The translations under genes and the position numbers were made by a program. From NCBI GenBank assembly GCA_965648905.1, contig CBFGIT010000014.1, positions 14,066 through 78,065 on the forward strand: 64,000 nucleotides of DNA. Reading direction: 5' to 3'. Shown in pieces: positions 52,420 to 64,000 of this stretch. This DNA is from a candidate division WOR-3 bacterium. GTDB lineage: Bacteria; Hydrothermota; Tepidihabitantia; Tepidihabitantales; Tepidihabitantaceae. The stretch's first letter is position 1. The number at the start of each line of letters is the position of its first letter. The notes under the pieces are model-generated. The model did no database searches and had not been told where the DNA came from. It saw only the letters and a program-made list of their open reading frames with translations.

Positions 52420-53200
52420 CGCTCGGCTGCAAAGAGACGGCAGGATAACGCGGTTCCCGTAGTCGCCACAAACGTCACAACTGACTTCGGTTCCCGGCTC
52501 CAACCCCACGCCGGCTGCGGCGTCCGGCCGGACAGAACAACACCGGGGGCCAAGGTGATGTCCCATACTTCCTGACAATCGGCGGGTAGTGTGGCTGTCG
52601 ATCACGCCGACGGTGCTGCCGGGCCCGCCAAGGCGATTGCACCGGCGTATCCTAACAGCCTGCAGATTCGGTGCTGGGTGCCCAAGCTGCGCAACATCCG
52701 GGCTAAGCTGCCACAGGATGTGGCGCTGTCAGTTGCGGCTGAAGCCTACACGATCCCGAATGCCTCGACCCTCAGACAGAGTCGGGCGAGGAGACTCCGG
52801 ACCCGACCTCGAACAACAGGACCGGCAGACCATCAGACTCCGAGTAAGACCGCTGGTCGTACCTTGTGCAAGGCCGCCGGTTGCGCCCTTCGAAGTTCCG
52901 GCGGTCGCGCCGGGAAGCGGGCCGCGCAAATGCACGACTGCCGGGCCGGTCAAGATCACCAGGCGCTTGCCAGCAGCAATTCACAGCCGATTGCCGACCG
53001 GCCGGGCTTCTGCAAGGCAGAGGGACATGTCTTGACGAATGCCGAGACGAGGACATTGAACCGGGACATTGGTCAGCCCGACTGAAGCACCAAGGGAGAG
53101 CGAGCGGCAGGCGGAACTCGCGGGGTCATCGTGACAAGATAGCGCTGGTCGGATTCTGTTGGCGCAGCCCAGGCGGGTGCGGCAACGGCGTCGGGCCGGA
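52420..53200. repeat. Degenerate 12-nt-periodic intergenic element, copy 2
   Basis: 52962-53091 aligns ungapped to 33911-34040 (about 81/130 identical). Boundaries approximate. Confidence 0.6.
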
Positions 53201-53265
53201 CTTGAAGGGCAGCGGTCTTAAGCGGCTGGGCTTGACTTGGGGCCGATGGGCAATATTCTTGCCCG

Positions 53266-54462
53266 GTGATATGCGTCTACGAAGATGAGCATCTGGAGTG
53301 GCTCTCGCCGCTCGTGGAACTGCGACCGGTGTTTGACCTGCGCTGCGGCCGGTTCACTCTGCTGGAGAAACTGCGCCGGAAGTATCCGCGCGAAGAGTTC
53401 ATGCTATGGGTGCGTGATGAGCTGGCAGAGTTGACCAGAGAACTTCACCCAGGCATGGCGGTGAATGAGCCGCTTGAGGGGGGACTGGCGTTGTCGGCCC
53501 GGGTCGTGTTAGACGAGACGGTCAAGGTGTCCGGGTCTGAGGCGGTACTCGTGGCCGGAGAGAGGCCGGTTGGATTCAGAATCGGGTCACGCGCCGCGGT
53601 TGGGCTTGAGTCGGTGCGTGGGCTGGACATGGAACTGGCCGAGGAGCAGGTTCGGGCCAGAGTCGTCTGCTATCCCTGGGACCTGGTTGAGTTGAATGCG
53701 TCGGAACTGGTGCGGGAACTGCCGAGGGGGGTCGGAGCAGGCAGGAGAGAGCGACGCGGCAGGCGGGGACAGATGCAAGGAGTCGTGGTTGGGAGCAGGT
53801 CGGCGTTGCGGGTCGAATTCGGTGCCCGGGTCTGGCCCGGCGCAGTAATCAGCACTGAGACCGGGCCGGTGTTCATCGACCGGAGAGCCGCGGTTCGGCC
53901 CGGGAGTCTTGTTGAGGGACCGTGCTACGTCGGGCCGGGCACGGTGATTGACGGTGCTTTGGTACGGCCGGGATGCAGTTTCGGGCCGGAGTGCCGGATT
54001 GGCGGTGAGGTCGAGGCGACCGTGTTCCAGGGCTATGCGAACAAGCACCACGAGGGATTTGTCGGGCATTCTTATGTCGGGGAGTGGGTCAATCTGGGTG
54101 CGCTGACCACGACATCAGACCTGAAGAACACCTATGAGTCGGTGCGGGTTTTCTATCAGGCCGGCGTAGTCGACACCGGGTTAGCCAAGGTGGGTTGTTT
54201 CTTCGGCGACCATGTCAAGACTGCGATCGGGTCGCTGTTCAATTCCGGATGCCGGGTCGGTGCGTTTGCCAACTGGTTTGAGCCGGGACTCGCGCGCAAG
54301 GAGCTTGCCCCGTTTTCCTGGGGCAGACACGGCCGCTGGACCGGCGATGCGGCGGTTGCCAATGCCCGGACGGTGATGGCCCGACGGGGCGTACGCATGA
54401 GCTCGGTCTATGAGCAGGCCGTGCGCGAGCTGTACGGTCGGGTGTCGGGCAGCGACAACTAG
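53266..54462 (+). CDS. Putative sugar nucleotidyltransferase with hexapeptide repeats (GlmU-like)
   Basis: L-x-PL-x-x-x-RPVFDLRCG-x-x-TL-x-EK; GPVFID; GGEVE; NKHHEGFVGHSYVGEWVNLGA. Confidence 0.85.
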   Translation: MICVYEDEHLEWLSPLVELRPVFDLRCGRFTLLEKLRRKYPREEFMLWVRDELAELTRELHPGMAVNEPLEGGLALSARVVLDETVKVSGSEAVLVAGERPVGFRIGSRAAVGLESVRGLDMELAEEQVRARVVCYPWDLVELNASELVRELPRGVGAGRRERRGRRGQMQGVVVGSRSALRVEFGARVWPGAVISTETGPVFIDRRAAVRPGSLVEGPCYVGPGTVIDGALVRPGCSFGPECRIGGEVEATVFQGYANKHHEGFVGHSYVGEWVNLGALTTTSDLKNTYESVRVFYQAGVVDTGLAKVGCFFGDHVKTAIGSLFNSGCRVGAFANWFEPGLARKELAPFSWGRHGRWTGDAAVANARTVMARRGVRMSSVYEQAVRELYGRVSGSDN

Positions 54463-54470
54463 CGTAGCGC

Positions 54471-55487
54471 GTGCGGTTCGACATCGGGATCGACATCGGC
54501 GGGACCGGAATCAAGCTCGGCGTGGTCGACGGCCAGGGTCGGGTCGTCGAACGATGTCTACTTGCGACTCGGGCTCGGAAAGGGCCACGCCAGGCACTGG
54601 TGCGGATTAGTCAGACCGTGGCGCGGTTGCGGCAGGGACGGCGGGTACGTTCAGTCGGAGTCGGCGTCGCGGGTCTCGTGGACCACGACCAGGGCATTGT
54701 CCGGGTGCCGCCGAATCTGCCCGGCTGGAACGGGACATCGGTCAAGGACCAACTGCTGGAGCTCACCGGCCTGCCGGTTTCCTGCGGTAACGACGTCAAC
54801 GCGGTGACGCTCGGCGAGTGGCTCTACGGTGCGGGCCAGGGGTGTCAGAATCTCTTCTGTGTGACGCTCGGCACCGGAGTGGGCGGGGGTGTTGTGGCCG
54901 GTGGCCGACTGTTCCTGGGTGCGAATCATGCCGCGGGCGAGATTGGGCACACTTCCATCGATCCGACTGGACTTGAGTGTCGGTGCGGCGGGCGGGGTTG
55001 CGTCGAGCGTTATGTGGGATCAGCGCACTTCGTTGCTCGGGCCCGGGCCCGACTCCGGGCGCAGCTCAGGAAGCTGACCACGCACCGCAGCCAGACCACG
55101 CTCTTCGCTGGGCTTCAGTCAGCGGTGCCAAGCCTGATTCTGGAACTGGTGGATGGGGATACCGGCGCAGTGACGCCACGAGAGATTGGCATTGCCGCCC
55201 GACGGGGTGACCGGCTGGCTCTTGAACTGGTTGAGGAGACCGGTCGCTATCTGGGGACTGCACTGGCCAACGCAGTTGAGATTCTCGACCCAGAGCGGAT
55301 TGTCATCGGTGGCGGCATGGCTCGGCTCGGGGCTCCGTTGCTCAAGGCGGTGCGTCGGACCGTGCTGGGACGGATTCAGACTTTTCCGGGTCGCCGGCTT
55401 GAGGTCGTGCGGTCCCGGCTGGGTGGCGACGCCGGGGTTATCGGAGCAGCCTGCTTTGCCCGGGCCCGGACTAGATTTTCTCGGTGA
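54471..55487 (+). CDS. ROK family kinase (glucokinase-like)
   Basis: GIDIGGT, NDVNA, TLGTGVGGG, GEIGH, CRCGGRGCVE. Confidence 0.92.
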   Translation: MRFDIGIDIGGTGIKLGVVDGQGRVVERCLLATRARKGPRQALVRISQTVARLRQGRRVRSVGVGVAGLVDHDQGIVRVPPNLPGWNGTSVKDQLLELTGLPVSCGNDVNAVTLGEWLYGAGQGCQNLFCVTLGTGVGGGVVAGGRLFLGANHAAGEIGHTSIDPTGLECRCGGRGCVERYVGSAHFVARARARLRAQLRKLTTHRSQTTLFAGLQSAVPSLILELVDGDTGAVTPREIGIAARRGDRLALELVEETGRYLGTALANAVEILDPERIVIGGGMARLGAPLLKAVRRTVLGRIQTFPGRRLEVVRSRLGGDAGVIGAACFARARTRFSR

Positions 55488-56129
55488 GGTATTCCCAGAG
55501 GCCCTTGGATGAGACGCGTTTCTCCATGATGAAGCTGCCGTCCTGGATAAAGGGCCGGAATTCCTGGGCGTAGTAGAGCCGGCGCTGGGCCGTGTTGTGG
55601 CCATACCAGCGCTTGCCCTGTTTGTAGATGCGCTCTAGGGTCGCGTCGTAGTTGCCTTCCATGGTGCGGAATCCATACTGGAGCAGGGTGACGAGCATCG
55701 CCACGTGGCGCGGATAGGCGACGACCGAGTTAGCATGGTTCTTGCGCGCAAGACCCATGACCGTCTCAATCATGAACAGTGAGTAGTTCTGACCCCGATG
55801 CTTGGGTCGCATGTAGGCCCGGGTGAGTTCCCAGCGTTTCAGGTCCCGGCCTTCGGCGTCGTGCCAGCGCGGGTCGATCCGGTCATAGCCCATGAACTCA
55901 TCGCCGTTCTGTCGGTTGCCGATGTAGACTTCGAGGATTTCCTCGTCGCTGACCACGTCATGGTAGCGGCGGATGCAGAACCAGTGGTCGCCAACCCAGA
56001 ACTCAGGCCGGGCTCCGACGACCTTGGCCTCGGGCTTGTTCTTGATGTAGCGTTCGAGTTCGTCGAACTTGCGGCAGGGAACCGTTTCGACAATCCGGTG
56101 AACCCAGGTCAGCACGGTCTTACGGTCAA

Positions 56130-56133
<4 letters not shown>
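55471..56133 (-). CDS. Hypothetical protein, possible GNAT fold
   Basis: 220 aa, ATGA-coupled to ftsK; RAYMRPKHRGQNYS resembles GNAT motif A. Confidence 0.7.
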
Positions 56134-58730
<2,597 letters not shown>

Positions 58731-58731
58731 G

Positions 58732-59358
58732 TTACACCATGACTCTTCCGGCGAAGAGCAGGCTGAACAGCCGGACCAGCGGTTCGAGGTAGATGCTGAA
58801 CAGCGACACGCCGGTGAACTGGCCGACAAAGATGATTCCAATCAGGACAATGAAGCCGTAGCGTTCGAGCCCGGCCAGTCGCTCGGCCAGGTCGCGGGGA
58901 AGTAGATGGTAGAGCAGGCGCGAGCCGTCAAGAGGAGGAATCGGAATGAGATTGAAGAAGCAGAGAATCAGATTGAAGATGACGAAGTAGCCGGCCAGGA
59001 GGAGCGGGAAGCCGGTGACGTGTGCCAGGTCAAGGACCCGGACCACGATGCCGGCGAGCGCCGCGGTCAGCAGGTTGGAACCAGGGCCGGCCAGCGACGC
59101 GAGGGCGAGGTCGCGCGTCGGATGGCGGAAAAAGGTCGGGTTGATGGGCACGGGTCGGGCCCAACCGAACCGAAACAGGAACAGCGCGATCGTCCCGATC
59201 GGGTCGAGGTGCTTCAATGGGTTCAGAGTCAGACGGCCCATCATCCGGGCGGTCGGGTCGCCGAGAAGCCAGGCAACGTAGCCGTGGCTGAACTCGTGAA
59301 TCGTCAGGCCGAACAGGATGGCCGGCGCGGAAAGTAGAATCGTCTGAATCGGAGGCAT
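58732..59358 (-). CDS. Site-2 protease family (M50) metalloprotease
   Basis: HEFSH, GDPTA, NPLKHLDP, AGPGSN, FNLIPIPPLDG; start at ATG 59358 (TAATG overlap). Confidence 0.93.
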   Translation of the reverse strand: MPPIQTILLSAPAILFGLTIHEFSHGYVAWLLGDPTARMMGRLTLNPLKHLDPIGTIALFLFRFGWARPVPINPTFFRHPTRDLALASLAGPGSNLLTAALAGIVVRVLDLAHVTGFPLLLAGYFVIFNLILCFFNLIPIPPLDGSRLLYHLLPRDLAERLAGLERYGFIVLIGIIFVGQFTGVSLFSIYLEPLVRLFSLLFAGRVMV

Positions 59359-60644
59359 TATCCGACGTGTTTGCGGGCCAGCAGCCGACGACACAGGGAC
59401 AACTCGTCATTCCGATTCTGCACTCTGCCATCAAGTCGAGCATTGAGCAGTTGGTCAAGGACCCGACGGTAGCGTGGGCCGGGCTCAACGCCCATCTGAC
59501 GCAGGTCCTTACCGGTCAGCTCGGTCTTGACCCGGGCCAGCCGTTCAAGATAGGTTCTGATGCGGCGGGCCGATGGCTCGGGTTCAAGCACTGCGAGGAT
59601 GCGCAGTGCTGGTTCCGGGATGGGTCTGAGGAGCCGGTGGATGGTGCTGGCCCGAGAGCTGCGGACGAGGACGCTGCAGACCGATTCGAACCGGTTGAGC
59701 CAGGCGGCAGATTCCTGTTCCTCGCGTCGAATCGGGAATCGTTCACTTACGGGCAGGAAGCTGAGCCAGTAGATGAAGAGCAGGTCAGGCCCGGCGCCTT
59801 GTTGAACTAGGCGACAGAGCCCGGGCAGGAACCGTTTGGGCGCAGTCCAGCCCCAGGCCGAGCGCAGCACCTGCTCATGGACGAGCGACTCGACCATTGG
59901 CAGCACCAGCGGCTCGCGGCAGACCAGACGCAGTTCGTAGAGCACCCTTTCTGGTGTGAGCCGAGCCAGAGTCTCTTGCTGTACCGTCATACGCAGCAGT
60001 TCCAGGGTTCGCGGCTCGATGTCGAATCCCAGCCGCACCGCGAAGCGGATTGCGCGGTAGATTCGGGTCGGGTCGTCCTGAAAGCTCTGGTCGTGGAGTA
60101 CGCGAATCTGCCGTCTGGACAGGTCGCGCCGGCCATCGAGCGGGTCGATCACAAGTCCGAACGATGATGGCGTAAGGTCAAGCGCCATGGCGTTGATTGA
60201 GAAGTCGCGGCGGGCGAGGTCGGCTTCGATGTCTGCTGGTCTGACCGTCGGCAGTACCGCGGGGCGGACATAGGTTTCGGTTCGGGTCTGGTTGACGTCA
60301 AGGCGGACGCCCGCGGGCGTCGTGATGGTACCGGAAAGGAACCGGCTGTGATATACCGACTGGCCGTCGAGTTCGAGCGCAACCGCGTTAGCGAACTGAC
60401 GGGCATGAGACTCGACCGCCAAGTCCAAATCCGGGCTGCTGTGTCCGAGAATCAGGTCCCGAACCGGTCCGCCCACCAGGAACACCCGTGTGCCGAGGCG
60501 GGCGCCAATCCGGCCTAGGCGGCCGAGCAGCTCGGTATGCGGGCAACCGGCAAGCAGGCCCGGGCCGGGAGGTGCCGGTTGCGGGCTAGAAGCCCATGTT
60601 CCGGGCCGCGTCTGCTTCTTTGCCGTGCAGCTTGATCTTGCCAA
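59358..60644 (-). CDS. tRNA nucleotidyltransferase / poly(A) polymerase family
   Basis: LVGGPVRD, DLDL, RTETY, DLARRDFSINAMA, SFQDDPTRIYRAIRF. Start uncertain. Confidence 0.9.
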   Translation of the reverse strand: MARSSCTAKKQTRPGTWASSPQPAPPGPGLLAGCPHTELLGRLGRIGARLGTRVFLVGGPVRDLILGHSSPDLDLAVESHARQFANAVALELDGQSVYHSRFLSGTITTPAGVRLDVNQTRTETYVRPAVLPTVRPADIEADLARRDFSINAMALDLTPSSFGLVIDPLDGRRDLSRRQIRVLHDQSFQDDPTRIYRAIRFAVRLGFDIEPRTLELLRMTVQQETLARLTPERVLYELRLVCREPLVLPMVESLVHEQVLRSAWGWTAPKRFLPGLCRLVQQGAGPDLLFIYWLSFLPVSERFPIRREEQESAAWLNRFESVCSVLVRSSRASTIHRLLRPIPEPALRILAVLEPEPSARRIRTYLERLARVKTELTGKDLRQMGVEPGPRYRRVLDQLLNARLDGRVQNRNDELSLCRRLLARKHVG

Positions 60645-60897
60645 AGCGGTCTTCGTACTTCTTGATGTTGTCGGTCAGTGCCGTGTGCAGCAGGTAGGCA
60701 TGCTGCGGCGTCATGACGATGCGCGAGAAGACCTTGGCCTTGGGCAGGCCGGGTAGAATCCGGGCAAAGTCAATGATGAACTCCGACGCGGAATGGGCAA
60801 TCAGCACGAAATTGGAGTAGACTCCCTCAGATTCCTTTTCGCCGATTTCAATCTGAACCGGAGGTCCCTGGGGCGGTTGCGAATTTTCCTGACTCAC
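60586..60897 (-). CDS. DUF3467 family protein
   Basis: EGVYSN...HS-x-SEFIIDF...RIVMTPQH...NIKKYE-x-x-FG; SD and TTGACA-N16-TAGAAT promoter upstream. Confidence 0.88.
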   Translation of the reverse strand: MSQENSQPPQGPPVQIEIGEKESEGVYSNFVLIAHSASEFIIDFARILPGLPKAKVFSRIVMTPQHAYLLHTALTDNIKKYEDRFGKIKLHGKEADAARNMGF

Positions 60898-60939
60898 GAT
60901 GGCTCCTTTGCTACGATTCTAGAGTAGAGACTGGTTCTG

Positions 60940-62163
60940 TCAATCCGTGTCCGATTGTCGCTCGGCGCCGACCAAGCGCAGGAATCGGCGCTTGCCGACC
61001 TTCAGCACCAGGGGCCGGTCGGAGACCTGCACCAGTAAGGTCGGGTCGGTAACTCGCTGACCGTTGAGCTGGACCGCACCTTCGGCCAGCTTGCGCCGGG
61101 TCTCGCTGCGCGAGGAGAGCAGGCCGGCTGAAGTGATGATGTCGACGATGCTCAGCCCGGCCGAAGGGATCGCGAACTCAGGTATCTGGTCGGGCAGGCT
61201 CTTTTCCCGGAAGACGCGGCCGAACTCGGCGGCAGCATCTTCAGCAGCCTCGGCCGTATGGTAGATGGTGATAATGTCCCGGGCCAGTTGTTCTTTGATG
61301 TCGCGCGGATTCTCGCCCGACTTGAGCCGGTGCTCAATTGCACTGACTTCCTCAGCGCTGCGGTTCGTGCAAAGCCGGAAGTAATCGAGAATGAGCGAGT
61401 CCGGAATCGACATCAGCTTGCCGAACATTTCCCGAGGCGGCTCGGTGATGCCGACGTAGTTGCCGTACGACTTGGACATCTTCTGAACCCCGTCCAGTCC
61501 GAGAAGCAGCGGCATGGTCATTACGACCTGGGGTTCCTGGCCGAACTCGCGCTGCAGTTCGCGGCCCACGAGCAGATTCCAGTACTGGTCGGCACCGCCC
61601 AGTTCGACGTCGGCCTGAACCGCGACTGAGTCAAAGCCCTGAAAAAGCGGATAGAGCAGCTCGTGCATGTGAATCGGAATGCCTCGGTCGAGCCGGGTTC
61701 TGAAATCCTCGCGCTCGATGATCCGCGCGACCGTGTACTTCGAGGCGATGCGGATGACGTCGGCTGCCTTGAGCGGGTCAGACCATTCGGCGTTGTACCG
61801 GAATTCGCACCGGGCCGGGTCGAGGATGCGGAAGATCTGCTCTTTGTACCGCTCCATGTTCCTGCGTACGTCTTCGTCGGTGAGTTGCGGTCGGGTTCGG
61901 GACCGGCCAGACGGGTCGCCAATCCGGGCCGTGAAGTCACCGACAATCGGCACGGCCAGATGGCCGGCAGCCTGGAACTGGCGCAGTTTGCGCAACCCGA
62001 CCGCAAACCCCAAGTGGATTTCCGGGCCGGTGGCATCAATGCCGTACTTGACGCGCAGGGGCCGACCCTCGCGGCGTGACCGGGCCAGTCGGGCCTCGAG
62101 TTCAGCCGCGGTCTCGACCCGGTCGGTTCCGGCGAGCAGTTGTTCGAATACCGGGTCGGCCAC
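60940..62163 (-). CDS. tyrS: Tyrosine--tRNA ligase
   Basis: KYGIDAT-x-x-x-IHLG, GDFTARIGDPSG, ELGGADQ, KMSKS, S4 domain ending KVGKR. Start at GTG 62163. Confidence 0.96.
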   Translation of the reverse strand: MADPVFEQLLAGTDRVETAAELEARLARSRREGRPLRVKYGIDATGPEIHLGFAVGLRKLRQFQAAGHLAVPIVGDFTARIGDPSGRSRTRPQLTDEDVRRNMERYKEQIFRILDPARCEFRYNAEWSDPLKAADVIRIASKYTVARIIEREDFRTRLDRGIPIHMHELLYPLFQGFDSVAVQADVELGGADQYWNLLVGRELQREFGQEPQVVMTMPLLLGLDGVQKMSKSYGNYVGITEPPREMFGKLMSIPDSLILDYFRLCTNRSAEEVSAIEHRLKSGENPRDIKEQLARDIITIYHTAEAAEDAAAEFGRVFREKSLPDQIPEFAIPSAGLSIVDIITSAGLLSSRSETRRKLAEGAVQLNGQRVTDPTLLVQVSDRPLVLKVGKRRFLRLVGAERQSDTD

Positions 62164-62164
62164 G

Positions 62165-62647
62165 CTACATCCGGAAGCTGCCGAACTCCTCAGGGTTGAT
62201 GCTACGCATCTTGGCGCGAAGCTCGGCAAGCCGTTCTTCATCGGCCGGAGTAATGAACTGACCGGCCTTGTCCATGACTTCCTCAGCGACGTAAATCGGC
62301 ACCTCGGTGCGCAAGGCCAGTCCGACCGAATCCGATGGCCGGGCGTCGATGCTCAAGACCCGGTCTCCGGACTCGATGATTAGCTCGGCGAAATAGGTGT
62401 CATTCTCGATCTTGGTGATGATTACGCGGCGGACGTGGCCGTTCAGGCTTTCAATCAGGCGGCGCATCAGGTCCAGGGTCAGTGGTCGGGGGAATTGCGC
62501 CTTCTCCAGGGCGTAGGCAATCGCTGAGGCCTCGAGCGGCCCGATGAAAATCGGCAGCACGCGGTCGCCGTCAATCTCGCGCAGCAGTACGACCGGCGAG
62601 TTGTTGACGTTGTCTAAGAGGAGGCCTTCGACGCGGACTTCGATCAT
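62165..62647 (-). CDS. Bifunctional nuclease family protein (DUF151)
   Basis: LPIFIG-x-x-EA, RPLT-x-DL, IDARPSD. Confidence 0.92.
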   Translation of the reverse strand: MIEVRVEGLLLDNVNNSPVVLLREIDGDRVLPIFIGPLEASAIAYALEKAQFPRPLTLDLMRRLIESLNGHVRRVIITKIENDTYFAELIIESGDRVLSIDARPSDSVGLALRTEVPIYVAEEVMDKAGQFITPADEERLAELRAKMRSINPEEFGSFRM

Positions 62648-63090
62648 GCAGGTGCTTCGGCGACCCAGAGTTTGATGGTCGCCGTGACCTCATGACCGAG
62701 CTTGACCGGGACGTCATAGACTCCCGGTGCTTTGATGGGTTCGGCCAGCACGATGTCGTGCTTATCAATGACGTGGCCTTCCCGGGCCAGCAACTCGGCG
62801 ACGTCGGCGTTGGTCACTGCGCCGAATGCTCCTTCCTGGCCCATCCGGATGCTCGTCTTGACCGATACAAGCCCGAGCCGACTGGCAAGGTCGGTCAAGC
62901 GCCGGGTGATTTTCGCATCGCGGGAGGCAAGCTGGGCCTTGATGGAATCGAGCTGCTTGAGCTGGGCCGGGGTCGCGGCGAGGGCAAGCTTGCGCGGCAG
63001 CAGGTAGTTGCGGGCATAGCCGTCACGGACATTCACGACCTCGCCTCGGGCACCGAGACGTTCGATATCGGAAAGGAGAATTACCTTCAT
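62644..63090 (-). CDS. rplI: 50S ribosomal protein L9
   Basis: MKVILL...LG-x-x-GEVVNVRDGYARNYLLP; FGAVT. Confidence 0.96.
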   Translation of the reverse strand: MKVILLSDIERLGARGEVVNVRDGYARNYLLPRKLALAATPAQLKQLDSIKAQLASRDAKITRRLTDLASRLGLVSVKTSIRMGQEGAFGAVTNADVAELLAREGHVIDKHDIVLAEPIKAPGVYDVPVKLGHEVTATIKLWVAEAPA

Positions 63091-63095
63091 CGGGC

Positions 63096-63323
63096 TCAAG
63101 GGCTGTAGGGTAGCAGGGCCAGGCTCCGAGCGGTCTTGATGGCGCGGGCCAGGCGGCGCTGGTGCCGGGCGCAGACCCCGGAAACCTTGCCCGGGACAAT
63201 CTTGCCTTTTTCGGTCAGGAAGTCCTGCAGGAGCGAACTTCGGTAGTCAATGCGGGTGATGTTTTCGTCACAGAACCGGCAGGTCTTTCTGCGCGGAGCA
63301 AACCGTCGTCTCTTCATCATCAT
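63096..63323 (-). CDS. rpsR: 30S ribosomal protein S18 (Zn-binding form)
   Basis: CRFC...IDY...TEKGKI-x-P...CARHQRRLARAIK-x-AR-x-LALLP. Confidence 0.96.
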   Translation of the reverse strand: MMMKRRRFAPRRKTCRFCDENITRIDYRSSLLQDFLTEKGKIVPGKVSGVCARHQRRLARAIKTARSLALLPYSP

Positions 63324-63484
63324 ATGAGGGAAATGAGAATAGACGAAAACGGCCCGGAGTCAAGGAATGCGCTGCATCATCCGAACCGACATTGGGTCGA
63401 CCGCAGTGCGTAGGACGCGCAATGTCGAGAAGCAGAGGGCAGACGCGGCAATGGTATTCGGGTGAACCTGGCAGTTCGATCCCG

Positions 63485-64000
63485 GGTAGTGTCAAGAATT
63501 GTGTGTGAATTGCTTGGTCTTCTTGATAGGCTTGCCCCATAGCGGGCGGTCCTCCCATTGCTTGTTGGTCTTCATGAACAGCGCGTAGACCAGTCGGTCG
63601 CAGCTCGCGCCGTCCGCAAACATGCACATCGGTCGTATCCGCTTGCGCAACTCCCGGAACATCCGCTCAATCACGTTCGTCGTCCGCACTTTGATCCACA
63701 GCTCCCGTTGCTTCCGCAAAGCCTGCATGTGCGCCAGCAGTTCTTCCAGGTCTGCCTCCATACTCGCCACGGCCTTGGGTGCCGTCTCCCGCCAGTGCCC
63801 GGCCTATTGCCGGAACCGCTTGGTGGCGCCGCGATAGCTCGCCGCCAGGTAGATCCGCTTGGCTCCCTTGAGACACTCTTCCCGGTACTTCGCCGGCAGC
63901 ATGTTCGCCAGGTTCCGCAGCTTGTGCACCCAGCACCGTTGTATCGGCACGTGCCCATACACTTCCTTCACCGCCCCCAGCAGCCCTTTGCCACCGTCCA
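63485..64000 (-). mobile_element. IS256-family insertion sequence (right part), probably inactive
   Basis: Transposase motifs DGGKGL, QRCWVHKLRN, RTTNVIER-x-x-RE-x-RKR; terminal GGTAGTGTCAAGAATTGTGTGT overlapping the stop codon, as is typical of IS256. Confidence 0.88.
63492..64000 (-). pseudogene. IS256 transposase with a premature TAG at 63804-63806
   Basis: ...KRFRQ-TAG-AGHWRETAPKAV...; the frame is continuous on both sides of the stop. Confidence 0.8.

Noticed and set aside
63430..63486. GTTCGATCCC resembling a tRNA T-arm next to the IS end
   Set aside because: No T-stem pairing or cloverleaf. I found no tRNA, including tRNA-Sec, in the window.
63804..63806. In-frame TAG in the IS256 transposase as pyrrolysine or programmed readthrough
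   Set aside because: The context fits a single TGG->TAG change in a decaying IS; no pyl genes are in the window.

Overview
GC-rich (roughly 60-65% by eye) bacterial chromosome segment read in the standard genetic code; TGA is an ordinary stop for prfA, purH and ftsK. The many secreted CARDB/Kelch/BNR/YVTN proteins with T9SS/FlgD-like C-terminal domains, plus tandem GWxTD genes, suggest an FCB-group organism such as candidate phylum WOR-3 (inference, no search run). Housekeeping genes: DUF721/dciA-gyrB, pilB-pilC, PSP1-thiC-aminotransferase, prfA-prmC-nadK-recN, purH, msrA, ftsK, a CCA-type nucleotidyltransferase, tyrS and rpsR-rplI. Also present are a sigma-54 regulator, a porin-like/CHASE4 kinase/response regulator/multi-PAS kinase operon, and a nonsense-interrupted IS256 at the right edge. 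Top observations: (1) two annotated ORFs (39428-39985 and 38063-39358) form one 640-aa secreted protein joined by an in-frame UGA that is followed by an fdhF-like SECIS hairpin, a candidate new selenoprotein. (2) prfA (RF1) appears to be preceded by a leaderless in-frame ORF ending in UAG-C, a candidate RF1 readthrough autoregulation switch. (3) Many promoters sit directly against start codons, suggesting pervasive leaderless mRNAs. (4) Two homologous intergenic elements with 12-nt periodicity lie 19 kb apart. All calls come from reading the sequence and ORF track by eye.
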